Shown here: piece by piece, positions 1 to 8,921 of the stretch
Layout of the letters: the number at the start of each line of letters is the position of its first letter
Numbering within the stretch: the stretch's first letter is position 1
Assembly (NCBI GenBank): GCA_036383155.1
Contig: DASVOW010001113.1
Span: 1 to 40,620 of the forward strand
Length of the DNA stretch: 40,620 nucleotides
Reading direction: 5' to 3'
DNA from: Ktedonobacterales bacterium
GTDB taxonomy: Bacteria > Chloroflexota > Ktedonobacteria > Ktedonobacterales > JADMIN01
The notes under the pieces: model-generated
What the model saw: only the letters and a program-made list of their open reading frames with translations
Told to the model about the DNA's origin: nothing
Databases searched by the model: none
Translations under genes and position numbers: made by a program

Positions 1-294
1 ATATGAACCACAGTCGTCGTATACTCGTTCCCACCGCTATCCTCCGAAGCCACAGGATGTGCATTGTCGTAGGGTTTACAGACCTCAGTAGAGTATAACG
101 TCGGACCAGTACACCGATGTCATGTAGTAAATACGTATCCAGGTAGTCCCCAGTCGGTCGTGCTCGGTGGATTGGAGCATACCACTTGGCACCAATGCCC
201 TACATCTACCTCGTGCCCCAACAGTCTGCCATATGGACACACCAAATGGCGAAGCCGCGTCCAGTATATGCACGAACTCGCTCGCCCTTGTGGG

Positions 295-324
295 TTGCGA
301 CGAGTGGGCGCGCGCTGCTACAAT
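295..324 (+). promoter_or_regulatory. sigma-70-type promoter upstream of lipA
   Basis: TTGCGA at 295-300, 18-nt spacer, TG-n-TACAAT (316-324). It lies about 34 nt upstream of the lipA ATG at 358. The same TTGCGA / TGcTACAAT architecture recurs upstream of the CBS gene. Confidence 0.45.
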
Positions 325-357
325 GCGGGCAGAACCCTAGCGAGAGGATGGTTGGAG

Positions 358-1245
358 ATGGCGATCACGCCGGTGCGACGGCCCGACTGGCTACGTGTGC
401 GCGTGCCCACGGGCGAGAACTACGATGAGTTGAAGCGCCTCATGCGTTCCAAGGCGCTGCATACTGTCTGTGAGGAGGCGCGTTGTCCAAACATCGGCGA
501 ATGTTGGAGCCACCGCACCGCGACATTCATGATCCTTGGTAGCGTCTGCACACGTAGTTGCGGCTTCTGCGCCGTCGCCACCGGGCGCCCGATGGCGCTG
601 GACTGGGAAGAGCCACGCCGCGTAGCCGAAGCAGTGGCACAGATGGGTTTGCGACATGTCGTGGTCACCTCAGTCAATCGCGACGAGCTGCACGATGGTG
701 GTGCGACAATCTTCGCCGCGACAATCCGTTGGATACGCCGCCTCAACCCCGAATGTGCCGTAGAGGTGTTGACACCTGACTTCAAGGGCTCGCGCGACGC
801 GCTGAAGATACTCTTGGATGCCCGCCCAAGCGTCTATAGCCATAACGTCGAGACTGTGCCACGGCTCTATCGGCGGGTTCGCCCTCAGGCCGTCTATGAG
901 CGCTCCCTTGACGTGCTGCGCTGGTCCAAAGAGATGTATCCCGACATCCCAACCAAGACGGGCTTTATGCTCGGCCTTGGCGAGACAAAAGATGAGGTGC
1001 TGGCGCTGATGCACGATATACATGCGGCCGATGTGGACATCATCACCATCGGCCAGTACCTCCAGCCCAGCCATGAGCACCTGCCAATTGAGCGCTACGT
1101 AACGCCCGAGGAATTTCGCGAGTTTGCTCGTGAAGGGCGAGCGATGGGATTCCGCCATGTGGAGAGCGGCCCACTGGTGCGCAGTTCCTACCACGCCTGG
1201 GATCAGGTGAAGGCAGCCGGCGTCGAGGCAACCACTCAGGCATAG
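358..1245 (+). CDS. lipA: lipoyl synthase
   Basis: ORF 160..1245 trimmed to ATG 358 ([11 protein letters not shown]), with GGAG immediately upstream. Radical-SAM CxxxCxxC ([10 protein letters not shown]), the lipoyl-synthase-specific auxiliary cluster motif [12 protein letters not shown], and C-terminal RSSY. Confidence 0.93.
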   Translation: MAITPVRRPDWLRVRVPTGENYDELKRLMRSKALHTVCEEARCPNIGECWSHRTATFMILGSVCTRSCGFCAVATGRPMALDWEEPRRVAEAVAQMGLRHVVVTSVNRDELHDGGATIFAATIRWIRRLNPECAVEVLTPDFKGSRDALKILLDARPSVYSHNVETVPRLYRRVRPQAVYERSLDVLRWSKEMYPDIPTKTGFMLGLGETKDEVLALMHDIHAADVDIITIGQYLQPSHEHLPIERYVTPEEFREFAREGRAMGFRHVESGPLVRSSYHAWDQVKAAGVEATTQA

Positions 1246-1265
1246 TGAACCAGCACGAGCGGCAT

Positions 1266-1308
1266 ATGCAAAAGGGACAGCAAACATCAAGGTCTGTCCC
1301 TTTTGCAT
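1266..1308. terminator. bidirectional stem-loop between convergent lipA and a small membrane protein gene
   Basis: ATGCAAAAGGGACAG (1266-1280) pairs perfectly with CTGTCCCTTTTGCAT (1294-1308). The GC core GGGACAG/CTGTCCC is flanked by an A-tract and a T-tract, so it reads as hairpin plus U-run on both strands. Confidence 0.55.
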
Positions 1309-1357
1309 GTTCAGTACAATACCCTGGGCTAACGACGTGGTATCTCAAGGAAGCTCG

Positions 1358-1570
1358 TCATGGGCGCTGCACCGCACGCACGATGAGATAGCCCAGCACC
1401 GCCAGCCACCCAAGGGGAATCGTCAACACCGCCCAGAGCACCCCTGGCTGCCCCCGGCGATTCGCGTCAGGCAGCATCCAGGCAAAGCCCACAACCCAGG
1501 GAATAATGGCGAAGAGCAAGAATACACAACCAAATAACGCATCATACGGGTGAAAGCCAACGACGTGCAT
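1358..1570 (-). CDS. small membrane protein, PLD nuclease N-terminal (PLDc_N)-like domain
   Basis: ORF 1358..1576 trimmed to ATG 1570, with AGGAG 7 nt upstream. Two hydrophobic helices flank a basic loop (IIPWVVGFAWMLPDANRRGQPGVLWAVLTIPLGWLAVLGYLIVR), as in PLDc_N family proteins. Confidence 0.55.
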   Translation of the reverse strand: MHVVGFHPYDALFGCVFLLFAIIPWVVGFAWMLPDANRRGQPGVLWAVLTIPLGWLAVLGYLIVRAVQRP

Positions 1571-1739
1571 GACCACGCTCCTCTCTCCTCGATACTAATC
1601 CTCTGTAGATACGAGCGCCTGCCCTGCTAAGTTAGCCGATCAGCCACCTCAGCGGCCGATGCTCAACTATACACGTCGAGGCGCGTCGCCATGCAATGGC
1701 GCACCCACATAAGGCAACCACGGAAGTATGACGAATCGC

Positions 1740-3056
1740 TCACAGCAGCTTCGACCGAGCCTCGCGCAGATGCTGAGCGATGCTGGAGGGCTCATCTCCA
1801 CTGAGCGCCATCTGCTTCAAACTGGATAGCACCTGCGCCCATTGTGGAGCATTCTGCAGGTAGCGCGCATCCCGAGATAGTAGCTCCTGAAAGATATGCA
1901 CTTCGAGCTGCTGCCAGGTCGAGCGGTCGCGTCCATCACTCTCATCACCACCTAGCGGATCAAACTCAGTATCGCGCGTCCCGTCATGGATGCGCACCGT
2001 CAGCGGTTGGAAGTAGCTGCGCACGATTTCTTCGAGGCGCGGCTTCTCAATGGCGTCATTGCTAAAGCTCAGCACGCCGATCATCCCAATGTCGATCACC
2101 GGCTCAGCACCTGCCTGCACTAGCTCGCCGCGAGATTCCGTTGCCCACTGGTAGCACATGCGATCGAAACGCTCATAGAGCAGCGTCGGCTCACTCAAGC
2201 CATCCACACGGAACAAGTACCGCAGGAAGGGCCGCCGCGGGTTCACCACATGCTCTACATGGTGATAGAGCTCCTCTTTCGGCACACCGGTATCTACCTG
2301 GACGACATTGTATCCTCGCTCCCAGGCGCTCTCCTCTGCGCCCCATGTCTCTGTCGAGCCTGGGTTGTAGAGCCAGTTATCACGTACGTAGTGCTTGTGG
2401 ATATGCCCCAGCCCAACATAATCGACCAACTCGCGCAATGGCTGAAACTGTTCGTAGCTCGGCAATCCATGCATATGCGGCACGATACCATCGACGCCGG
2501 TATGCATCAGCAACACGCGATATTCCACTCCAGGTTCACGCCCCTGCTCACGGGCAACCTGCAACTCATGGGCGAAGTTCTCCATGATCCGCGCGGTGCT
2601 TGCGCCATACCAAGGCAGACCATAGATACGCAGGCGTCCCTCCTTCAGGTCGACATAAGCGCCACGCAATGTCTGTGGATCCCAGGGAGAGAGCACAGGC
2701 ACGGCATCGTTGACCAACGGATTGAGCAACTGCAAGAGTCCCTGCCAGCAGAGGAACTGCAACCAGGAGACGCCATCGCGGTAATAGCTGCGGTCGTGGT
2801 TGCCCTCGATGGCGATAGCAGGAATACCCGCGGCCTTGAGGCGCTGGAGGCCCTCCTGCGCCTGCATCAGCGTCAGCGCATCGATGGCGCGCTTGTTGAA
2901 GAGGTCACCCGCGATGAGGAAGCAATCGGCCTGGCGTTCAATAGCAGCATCCACCACAGCCAGAAATGCCCGGGCGAAGTCGTTGAACCGCTCTTTCAAG
3001 CCGTACTGCTCGTAGCCCAGGTGATTATCCGCTGTGTGAATGAAAGTGGCATGCAT
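1740..3056 (-). CDS. metallophosphoesterase, SbcD/Mre11-like DNA repair exonuclease
   Basis: ORF 1740..3146 trimmed to ATG 3056, with GAGGAG 6 nt upstream. Calcineurin-like phosphoesterase motifs appear in order: TADNHLG, AGDLFN, GNHD, LLMHTG, GLGHIH. There is a roughly 150-aa C-terminal extension of unknown type. Confidence 0.8.
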   Translation of the reverse strand: MHATFIHTADNHLGYEQYGLKERFNDFARAFLAVVDAAIERQADCFLIAGDLFNKRAIDALTLMQAQEGLQRLKAAGIPAIAIEGNHDRSYYRDGVSWLQFLCWQGLLQLLNPLVNDAVPVLSPWDPQTLRGAYVDLKEGRLRIYGLPWYGASTARIMENFAHELQVAREQGREPGVEYRVLLMHTGVDGIVPHMHGLPSYEQFQPLRELVDYVGLGHIHKHYVRDNWLYNPGSTETWGAEESAWERGYNVVQVDTGVPKEELYHHVEHVVNPRRPFLRYLFRVDGLSEPTLLYERFDRMCYQWATESRGELVQAGAEPVIDIGMIGVLSFSNDAIEKPRLEEIVRSYFQPLTVRIHDGTRDTEFDPLGGDESDGRDRSTWQQLEVHIFQELLSRDARYLQNAPQWAQVLSSLKQMALSGDEPSSIAQHLREARSKLL

Positions 3057-3142
3057 GGGAGACTCCTCATCTGGTGACATTGCTTGTATTCCATTCCGCC
3101 ACAGCTTACCGCAATCGGAAAGGCCACACGACCTACAGACAT

Positions 3143-5230
3143 TCAAGGGTGATAGTAAATGGCGTACTCCCCTATGACGACCCGCGTATATCCCATATTC
3201 GGTAGGCCCCGCGCACTGGTCTCGGCGATAAAATCGGTATCTTCAGGCGTGCCAGCGGGTAGAATATACGCCGGAGTGGGTGTGGCAGCAAGTGCGGCGA
3301 TGTAAGGCGTGTAGCGATTATTCATCAGCATGAGGTCAGGCTCGCCATCCTGGCCACGCACTGCGCAAATGCTGCGCTCATTACTCTCGAAGGCAATGCG
3401 ATAACAGGTCCAGTAGTCGCTGTAGTACCGCGTGATGTGGTGCGTGTCGAGGAAGGCAATCAACGCACGGTCAGCGGGCGGCATCGGCGAGCCAAACCGC
3501 TCGGCATCTCCTGCATAGACAAAGACACGCACCGCACCCTGGATCGCCAGTGCAAAGAGCGCAACCAGTGCCAACGTCGCACCCACCGAGCGCCACGTCA
3601 ATCGAGAGTGTCCCTTCGTATTCCACGATGGCGCACCATGAGGGCTGAAGCCGTCTCCCAGTCGGGCAGCGGCAGCCACCACTCGGGGAACGAGTGGGCG
3701 GGCAGCAGCCCACAGCGACCCAAAGAGCAGCGGCAGGGTCAGATAGAGCGGCAGGAAGTAGCGCGCCGCCGTGAACTGATAGCGTTGAGCATCGATACTG
3801 CTGGCATAAGCAAAGATGTTGAATGCGGCGATACCAAGCAACATCGCTCGTAGCCAGAGCCGTGCCGCGACCTCCGCATTAACTCCACTTTCGACGTTGT
3901 CACTCGAAGCGCTCCGCAAAACGTTGACAGGTGCCGAGCTGGAAGGATCCCCACCAGGGCGTAGCAGCCCACGTTGGATCAGCCACAAGCGCAGCCGCCC
4001 CAATCGGGCTGGCACACTCCGCAGCCATGGTCGTAGCGCCAGGAAGATCTGCCATGCCGTGAGCAGATAGAGACCGATGATCGCGAGTGAGAACACGATA
4101 TTCGCATTGTTGCAGAAGCCGATGCTGTGCGTCTTCTCCGCGCCTGACGGTGGATACCAACTCCAGATGTTGCCCTGAGTGACACAGACATGTGGGCTAC
4201 CGAACGCCAGTGGTAGAGCAACTGCCAGTGTCTCGCCGATCTGCTGCTGCCACTCCTGTGGCGCCGGCCATGAGCTCCCATGTCCGGCTGGTCGGCTCTG
4301 CCACACAACTTGTTTATAGCTGGCATTGTCATGCGTGACATTGAAGATGATATATGGCGACGCACCAATGCAGAAGCCGAGCAGAAGGAGCGCACCACAC
4401 ACTGAGAGCAGCTCGCGCCTGCGCCTGGTGAATAGCGCTACCCCGCTCACCAACAACACAGGGAGTATCAGCAGATCGGCCCAGAGGCCAAGCCCTGCCA
4501 GCAGCCCGATTACACCATATGTCGCTGCGGCTCGATAGCGTTCCCGCTGTGTCTGGGGCAGCGGTGCTGGTTGACGTAGACGGTCCCAGATCCCTAGCAG
4601 CAGCAGCGCGGCGAACAGCAGCATCTCCTGATGACCGCCCACCGCGACCAACTCCCGAAGGGTGGCATAAGGCGGACCGAATGCCAGCCATGCGAGCACG
4701 AGTAGCCCCACCGCTCGGCCATAGGCTGCTCGCCCAAGAGCATACATCGCCGCGAAAAACCCAATCGTCAGCGGCAATACGACCAGGCGGAGCGTCAGCT
4801 GTGAGGAGCCGAAGATGGCGAACAAAAGGGCAGCGGCATAGGCCTGGAGCGGCCCCAGGTAATATTGCCCGTAGAAGAAGATGGGATGCTCACCGCGCAG
4901 CAAGATGTGCCGCGCCATCAGGCCAACGATTGCCTCGTCACTGTCCAATCCCGGCCAGCCGTGTAGCAGCAGCGCAAGCCGATACACTGCCGCAAACACA
5001 AGCGCCGCCAGCGCCAGCCGATAGAGACGGCTGACACTCCGCCCTTCCCCAACATATGAGGCGCTGTGTTGTGTACGCCTGATATCAGAGTGTGCTGCTT
5101 CGCTGCCAGACGTTTGAGTATCTGACTGAGGCGTGGCCGATGCCTGAGCAGGTGCAGCGGGCACTCCTCGCGCCCACCAACGGCGATTGCGTCTCATTGA
5201 TGCGCGTGCGTTCTGTGCTTGAAGCGTCAT
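3143..5230 (-). CDS. polytopic membrane glycosyltransferase, GT39 / ArnT-PMT-like (GT-C fold)
   Basis: 695-aa ORF with many hydrophobic helices. The first-loop motif LDSDEAIVGLMARHILLRGEHPIFFYGQYYLGPLQAY is typical of GT39/ArnT-like enzymes. The start is uncertain because there is no clear SD at 5230. Confidence 0.65.
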   Translation of the reverse strand: MTLQAQNARASMRRNRRWWARGVPAAPAQASATPQSDTQTSGSEAAHSDIRRTQHSASYVGEGRSVSRLYRLALAALVFAAVYRLALLLHGWPGLDSDEAIVGLMARHILLRGEHPIFFYGQYYLGPLQAYAAALLFAIFGSSQLTLRLVVLPLTIGFFAAMYALGRAAYGRAVGLLVLAWLAFGPPYATLRELVAVGGHQEMLLFAALLLLGIWDRLRQPAPLPQTQRERYRAAATYGVIGLLAGLGLWADLLILPVLLVSGVALFTRRRRELLSVCGALLLLGFCIGASPYIIFNVTHDNASYKQVVWQSRPAGHGSSWPAPQEWQQQIGETLAVALPLAFGSPHVCVTQGNIWSWYPPSGAEKTHSIGFCNNANIVFSLAIIGLYLLTAWQIFLALRPWLRSVPARLGRLRLWLIQRGLLRPGGDPSSSAPVNVLRSASSDNVESGVNAEVAARLWLRAMLLGIAAFNIFAYASSIDAQRYQFTAARYFLPLYLTLPLLFGSLWAAARPLVPRVVAAAARLGDGFSPHGAPSWNTKGHSRLTWRSVGATLALVALFALAIQGAVRVFVYAGDAERFGSPMPPADRALIAFLDTHHITRYYSDYWTCYRIAFESNERSICAVRGQDGEPDLMLMNNRYTPYIAALAATPTPAYILPAGTPEDTDFIAETSARGLPNMGYTRVVIGEYAIYYHP

Positions 5231-5351
5231 GGAGCATCCAATGTATGTACAACCTGTTTGTATCGTCGCATATGTTCGCCTGATGTGCGTTCTCTGTCAA
5301 TGGCACCCGCGTATGGATAGCCATCAATCCTATCACGTGAATACTCCATCA

Positions 5352-6386
5352 TCAGTAGTAGATGGTGCGCGTGCGATGATAGGGGCGCTCGCTGATCGTG
5401 TGCGCCTGACTCTCGGCCCAGAGTCGATAGTCGATGGCGCTGGCAGGGCGTGAAATACCTTGCTGCTCAAGGGCACTCCGCAACAACTCCACAGCCCAGA
5501 CCGTCGCCGCGCGGATCTCGATCTCTTCCTCCGAGCCGGGTGAGATTGGCTCGTATGCATCAATCCTCGCGGCGAGTTCTGGCGCATAGACCAACACATT
5601 CTGGCTACGGAGAAGCTGCGGCAGCTTGTAATCAGCGAAGGCTGTAAGGGCTGCGAGATCGTCGAAGGCGCCCCATTGCTGGCCGTGAAAGGCGGCATTG
5701 AGATCGGCCACACAGATCTGCGCGCGCTTGAGGAATGGCACACGTGTTCCCCGCCACTCCGCCATATCAGCGAACGACGAAAAGTCGCGGGCAAGCAGCA
5801 GTGTGAGTGAGACTGCGCTACCTCCTGCTGCCTCATACGCGCGGACGAATTGGCCATCATAGCGGGCAAGTAACACGCGCCCAACTTCACGCGCGTTGGT
5901 GAGACGCGCCTCAAAGAGCGGAATCTCAGGACTTCCGGCGACAGGTCGCAGAATCTCTTGCAGCTCGCCGGAGTTCAAGCCGGACAGATATGCTGCGTCC
6001 CACAGTGGATGCCCGTCCTCCACCGCACGACTGAGCGCGGCAGCTAGTGCAGCATATCCATCGAGCGTATGCCCGTGCCACTCGACACGCCAGCGAGGCT
6101 GTCCCGGCTCGCCCCAGAAACAGAAGTTGAGCGCATCGAGCAGGAGCACCCAATTCGCGGTGCGCTCGGTGCCGTCGGCGAAATGGAGGGCATCGAGTCC
6201 CACCTGATCCGGCCAGGGAGCACCCGCCCAGCGCCTCGCACACAGTGCAATGGCTCCCCCGTCGAGCCTGACATATTGTGCCGCGCGCGCAACGGGGGCG
6301 GTCGCAGTCAATACCCCCAGGCGATCATCGTCGGGCGGCTGGATGGCGTTGTAGAGATCGCCTGACATCATCGATGTTGTCTCCAT
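5352..6386 (-). CDS. queuosine salvage family protein (DUF2419 / QNG1-like)
   Basis: ORF 5352..6512 trimmed to ATG 6386, with GGAGGAGG 7 nt upstream. Family-typical stretches: LLLDALNFCFWG, FADYKLPQLLRSQNVLVY, GSEEEIEIRAATVWAVELL. Confidence 0.72.
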   Translation of the reverse strand: METTSMMSGDLYNAIQPPDDDRLGVLTATAPVARAAQYVRLDGGAIALCARRWAGAPWPDQVGLDALHFADGTERTANWVLLLDALNFCFWGEPGQPRWRVEWHGHTLDGYAALAAALSRAVEDGHPLWDAAYLSGLNSGELQEILRPVAGSPEIPLFEARLTNAREVGRVLLARYDGQFVRAYEAAGGSAVSLTLLLARDFSSFADMAEWRGTRVPFLKRAQICVADLNAAFHGQQWGAFDDLAALTAFADYKLPQLLRSQNVLVYAPELAARIDAYEPISPGSEEEIEIRAATVWAVELLRSALEQQGISRPASAIDYRLWAESQAHTISERPYHRTRTIYY

Positions 6387-6522
6387 CCGCTCGCCTCCTC
6401 CAATGGTCTGTATGCTAGCTGGTTGGCACTCTGCGACTACACACCGCGCTAACGTTTCGCAAAATGTCCGTAGGCCAGTATACACCGTGTGGTGCTCTCG
6501 CAGAGCAGCCAAGGTATGAAAC

Positions 6523-6553
6523 TTGCGAGATACGAACCGCTACGTGCTACAAT
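6523..6553 (+). promoter_or_regulatory. candidate promoter for the CBS-domain gene
   Basis: TTGCGA (6523-6528), 19-nt spacer, TG-n-TACAAT (6545-6553), about 88 nt upstream of ATG 6641. The spacer is long but an extended -10 is present. Confidence 0.35.
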
Positions 6554-6640
6554 CTCGCGCAAGGCGCCGTCAACGTTGATGGCGGCTGTATGACCCATGG
6601 CGGCTGTCTGCCAGTCATTCGCTCAATGGAGGAGCAAACA

Positions 6641-7120
6641 ATGCATGCCCGCGACATCATGACCCACGAGGTTATTTCCATCTCTCCCCTGGTATCGCTG
6701 CAAGATGCCGCACGTCTTCTCTCGGCGTATCACATCAGCGGCGCCCCTGTGCTCGACCATGAGCGGCGGATGGTGGGCATCGTCACCCAGGCCGACATCA
6801 TCGGCAAGACTGGCGAGACAGTGGCTGACATCATGACCAGCCGCGTAGTCAGCGTCACGGAGCAAACGCTCGTCGACGAAGTAGCGCAACTCCTCACCAG
6901 TAATCGCTTCAAGCGTGTGCCTGTAGTGCGCGGCGAGCGTGTGGTGGGTATTGTCAGCCGCGCTGATATTGTGCGCATGATCGCCAGCCGCTGGGTCTGC
7001 CAGGTCTGCGGCGCCATCCAGCATGGACGCATGCCCGAAGAATGCTACGCCTGTGGTGGCGAGAGTAGAGCGTTCGAGCGTGAGCTTGAGCCCCGAATGG
7101 AGATTACGGCGCGCGAGTAG
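6641..7120 (+). CDS. CBS-pair domain protein with C-terminal rubredoxin-like zinc ribbon
   Basis: ORF 6464..7120 trimmed to ATG 6641, with GGAGGAGC 6 nt upstream. Two CBS motifs (ARDIMTHEVISISP...ISGAPVLD; IMTSRVVSV...KRVPVV..GIVSRADIV), then CQVCG...CYACGG. Confidence 0.8.
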   Translation: MHARDIMTHEVISISPLVSLQDAARLLSAYHISGAPVLDHERRMVGIVTQADIIGKTGETVADIMTSRVVSVTEQTLVDEVAQLLTSNRFKRVPVVRGERVVGIVSRADIVRMIASRWVCQVCGAIQHGRMPEECYACGGESRAFERELEPRMEITARE

Positions 7121-7179
7121 CAGGACCATCACGTCCATACTATTCTACTCGCCTACTCCAATGCAGGACGTACGTTGTC

Positions 7180-7213
7180 GCCCCTTTCTTTCGATCTCTC
7201 GAAGGAAAGGGGC
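7180..7213 (+). terminator. stem-loop downstream of the CBS gene
   Basis: GCCCCTTTCTTTCGA / TCGAAGGAAAGGGGC forms a roughly 15-bp stem with a 4-nt loop, followed by AATTTGT. Confidence 0.5.
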
Positions 7214-7367
7214 AATTTGTCACGCCTCGCACAGCCTCGTTGATTTCCCTCTATACCTCATGTATACTGCATGCGCTCTGCGTCGTTCTATGTGTGGATA
7301 CAGTCGGCACAAACGATATGAGTCGTGTTCTCCACGTAGTGCTACTTCTCGCGAAGGAATTGTGTAT

Positions 7368-8921
7368 ATGTCGAATCCGAACTGGCCGGAGGGGTCCTCG
7401 CCGTTCCCTGGCAGCAGTCAGCAACCAGCTGATCCAAACCTGCAGCCTGGACAGCAGCCGCCTTTTATTTCGCAGCCTGCGCAGCCAGGAGGCTATCCCT
7501 ACAGCCAGCCAGCAGCGCCGTCGCAACCGTTCAACCCGTATGGGCAGCCAGCACAGCCGGCGTTCGATCCGAATGCTGCCCCGGCGGAGCAGACGCAGCA
7601 GCCAGAATTACCCTCTCAGCCACTCTATCCCTATGGGCAACCAGCAGCACCGTCGCAGCCGCTGTACCCTTACGGGCAGCCGGCAGCACCGTCGCAGCCG
7701 CTCAATCCATATGGACAGTATGGGCAGCCGTCACAGACGTTGCCTGGCCAGCCGGGACAATTTGGCCCTCCGTCGCAGGCGCTACCCGGCGGAATGCCAA
7801 TGGCCCAGTCGCGCGGGATGCCGCGCGGCCTGATCATTGGCTCGATTGTGGCATTAGTGATCCTCTTGCTCGCCGGGAGCGGCACAGCCTTCGCAGTGAC
7901 GCAGGTGCAACCAGCGGCAGCCAATGCCGCAGCCAAATTCTGCACGGCACTCAAGTCGCAGGACTATACCACAGCGTACTCCGAGCTTTCGGCAAAGCTG
8001 AAGGGACAATACTCGCAGACGCAGTTCACGCAGGACATGAGCGCACTGGATAAGGCTGATGGCAGTGTTACCACGTGCCAACAGTCAAGCGGTAGCAACG
8101 CATACACCTACAGCCTGGGCAGCAGCACGGCAACCGATCTCATTCTCATCGCACGCGGCTCCAATTCACTGCAGGGGCTGGTCCATATGACCAACGCCGG
8201 CAACCTCGTCAGTGCTAATTGGAAAGTCGATGCCATCGACACATCGCTGCTGGGCGTCAACCTCAAGGCACTTGAAGCAACTACCGCCTTCTGCGCCGCC
8301 CTGCAAAATAAAGACTACACGACGGCCTTCACGTCATTTGGCATCCCGCCAACATCGCTGAAGACGGTGGCCGATTTCAAGGATAGCGCGGCACTCTGGG
8401 ATCAGATCGACGGAGCTATCACTGCTTGCTCAGTAAGCGGCCTTGGCTCCTCCAACGACGACGCCTCAGCAAGCCTGAATATTTCCGTGACACGCGCAAA
8501 GTCCGGAGCACACTCGAGCGCCATCGCACTGAACGCCAATGGCACAACCTGGAAGATCAGCAGTCTTGATGCAGCCGTTTTCGGAACGGATGTCGGTGCT
8601 GCCCGCACAGCCACGCTGTTCTGTGCCGACCTCTCCAGTGGAAAATATGCAGACGCCTACGCTCTCTTGAGTAGCGGTTTCGTTGGCTCATCGACTGAGA
8701 GCGAAATAGTGGATGCGTTCTCCGGCAAAGCCGATGGCATCAAGTGGAGCGGCTGCACGGTAGATGTTAGCACCTACCATGTGTCGGGATCGAGTGCATC
8801 GATTTCGGTCAAAGTAACCTTGGTACTGGTTGCCACAGGGCAATCGGCAAGTGGACCCGTTGAGCTCAGTTTGGTCAAATCCGGCGACACCTGGAAGATC
8901 GACAATCTCAAGCTCATGTAA
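7368..8921 (+). CDS. single-pass membrane protein: Pro/Gln-rich repeat N-terminus, TM helix, three tandem ~110-aa Cys-pair domains
   Basis: ORF 7023..8921 trimmed to ATG 7368. TM helix GLIIGSIVALVILLLAGSGTAFAV. Three paralogous modules begin FCTALKSQDYTTAYSEL, FCAALQNKDYTTAFTSF and FCADLSSGKYADAYALL, and each ends W-K-(V/I)-(D/S). Confidence 0.7.
   Translation: MSNPNWPEGSSPFPGSSQQPADPNLQPGQQPPFISQPAQPGGYPYSQPAAPSQPFNPYGQPAQPAFDPNAAPAEQTQQPELPSQPLYPYGQPAAPSQPLYPYGQPAAPSQPLNPYGQYGQPSQTLPGQPGQFGPPSQALPGGMPMAQSRGMPRGLIIGSIVALVILLLAGSGTAFAVTQVQPAAANAAAKFCTALKSQDYTTAYSELSAKLKGQYSQTQFTQDMSALDKADGSVTTCQQSSGSNAYTYSLGSSTATDLILIARGSNSLQGLVHMTNAGNLVSANWKVDAIDTSLLGVNLKALEATTAFCAALQNKDYTTAFTSFGIPPTSLKTVADFKDSAALWDQIDGAITACSVSGLGSSNDDASASLNISVTRAKSGAHSSAIALNANGTTWKISSLDAAVFGTDVGAARTATLFCADLSSGKYADAYALLSSGFVGSSTESEIVDAFSGKADGIKWSGCTVDVSTYHVSGSSASISVKVTLVLVATGQSASGPVELSLVKSGDTWKIDNLKLM
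7629..7706 (+). repeat. in-frame 39-bp tandem repeat (PYGQPAAPSQPLY x2) with degenerate copies on both sides
   Basis: Units 7629-7667 and 7668-7706 are near-identical. Flanking degenerate versions (YSQPAAPSQPFNPYGQPAQPAF, PYGQYGQPSQ) run from about 7497 to 7740. Confidence 0.7.

Noticed and set aside
1-58. Possible minus-strand gene start (ATG at 58, MHILWLRRIAVGTS...) running off the left edge.
   Set aside because: Only 19 codons are visible and there is no SD, so it cannot be supported from this window.
160-357. N-terminal extensions suggested by the ORF track: lipA 160-357, MBL hydrolase 39407-39580, methyltransferase 21532-21849, and several others.
   Set aside because: The extensions lack homology-like sequence, overlap promoters or the preceding gene, and an internal start with an SD matches the family N-terminus.
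670-1308. 212-aa minus-strand ORF.
   Set aside because: It is antisense to lipA, whose radical-SAM motifs fix the coding strand and frame.
2250-3077. 275-aa plus-strand ORF.
   Set aside because: It lies entirely antisense to the motif-rich SbcD/Mre11-like gene. This is a typical high-GC shadow ORF with no recognisable motifs.
6387-6640. preQ1 riboswitch upstream of the queuosine-salvage gene.
   Set aside because: I read the minus-strand leader. There is no P1 stem plus A-rich tail arrangement matching preQ1-I or preQ1-II, only a superficial AGAG...AGCUA resemblance.
7293-7301. DnaA-box-like 9-mers (TGTGGATAC here, CTATCCACA at 11178-11186).
   Set aside because: These are isolated single-mismatch hits with no clustering and no AT-rich unwinding element, so this is not an origin.
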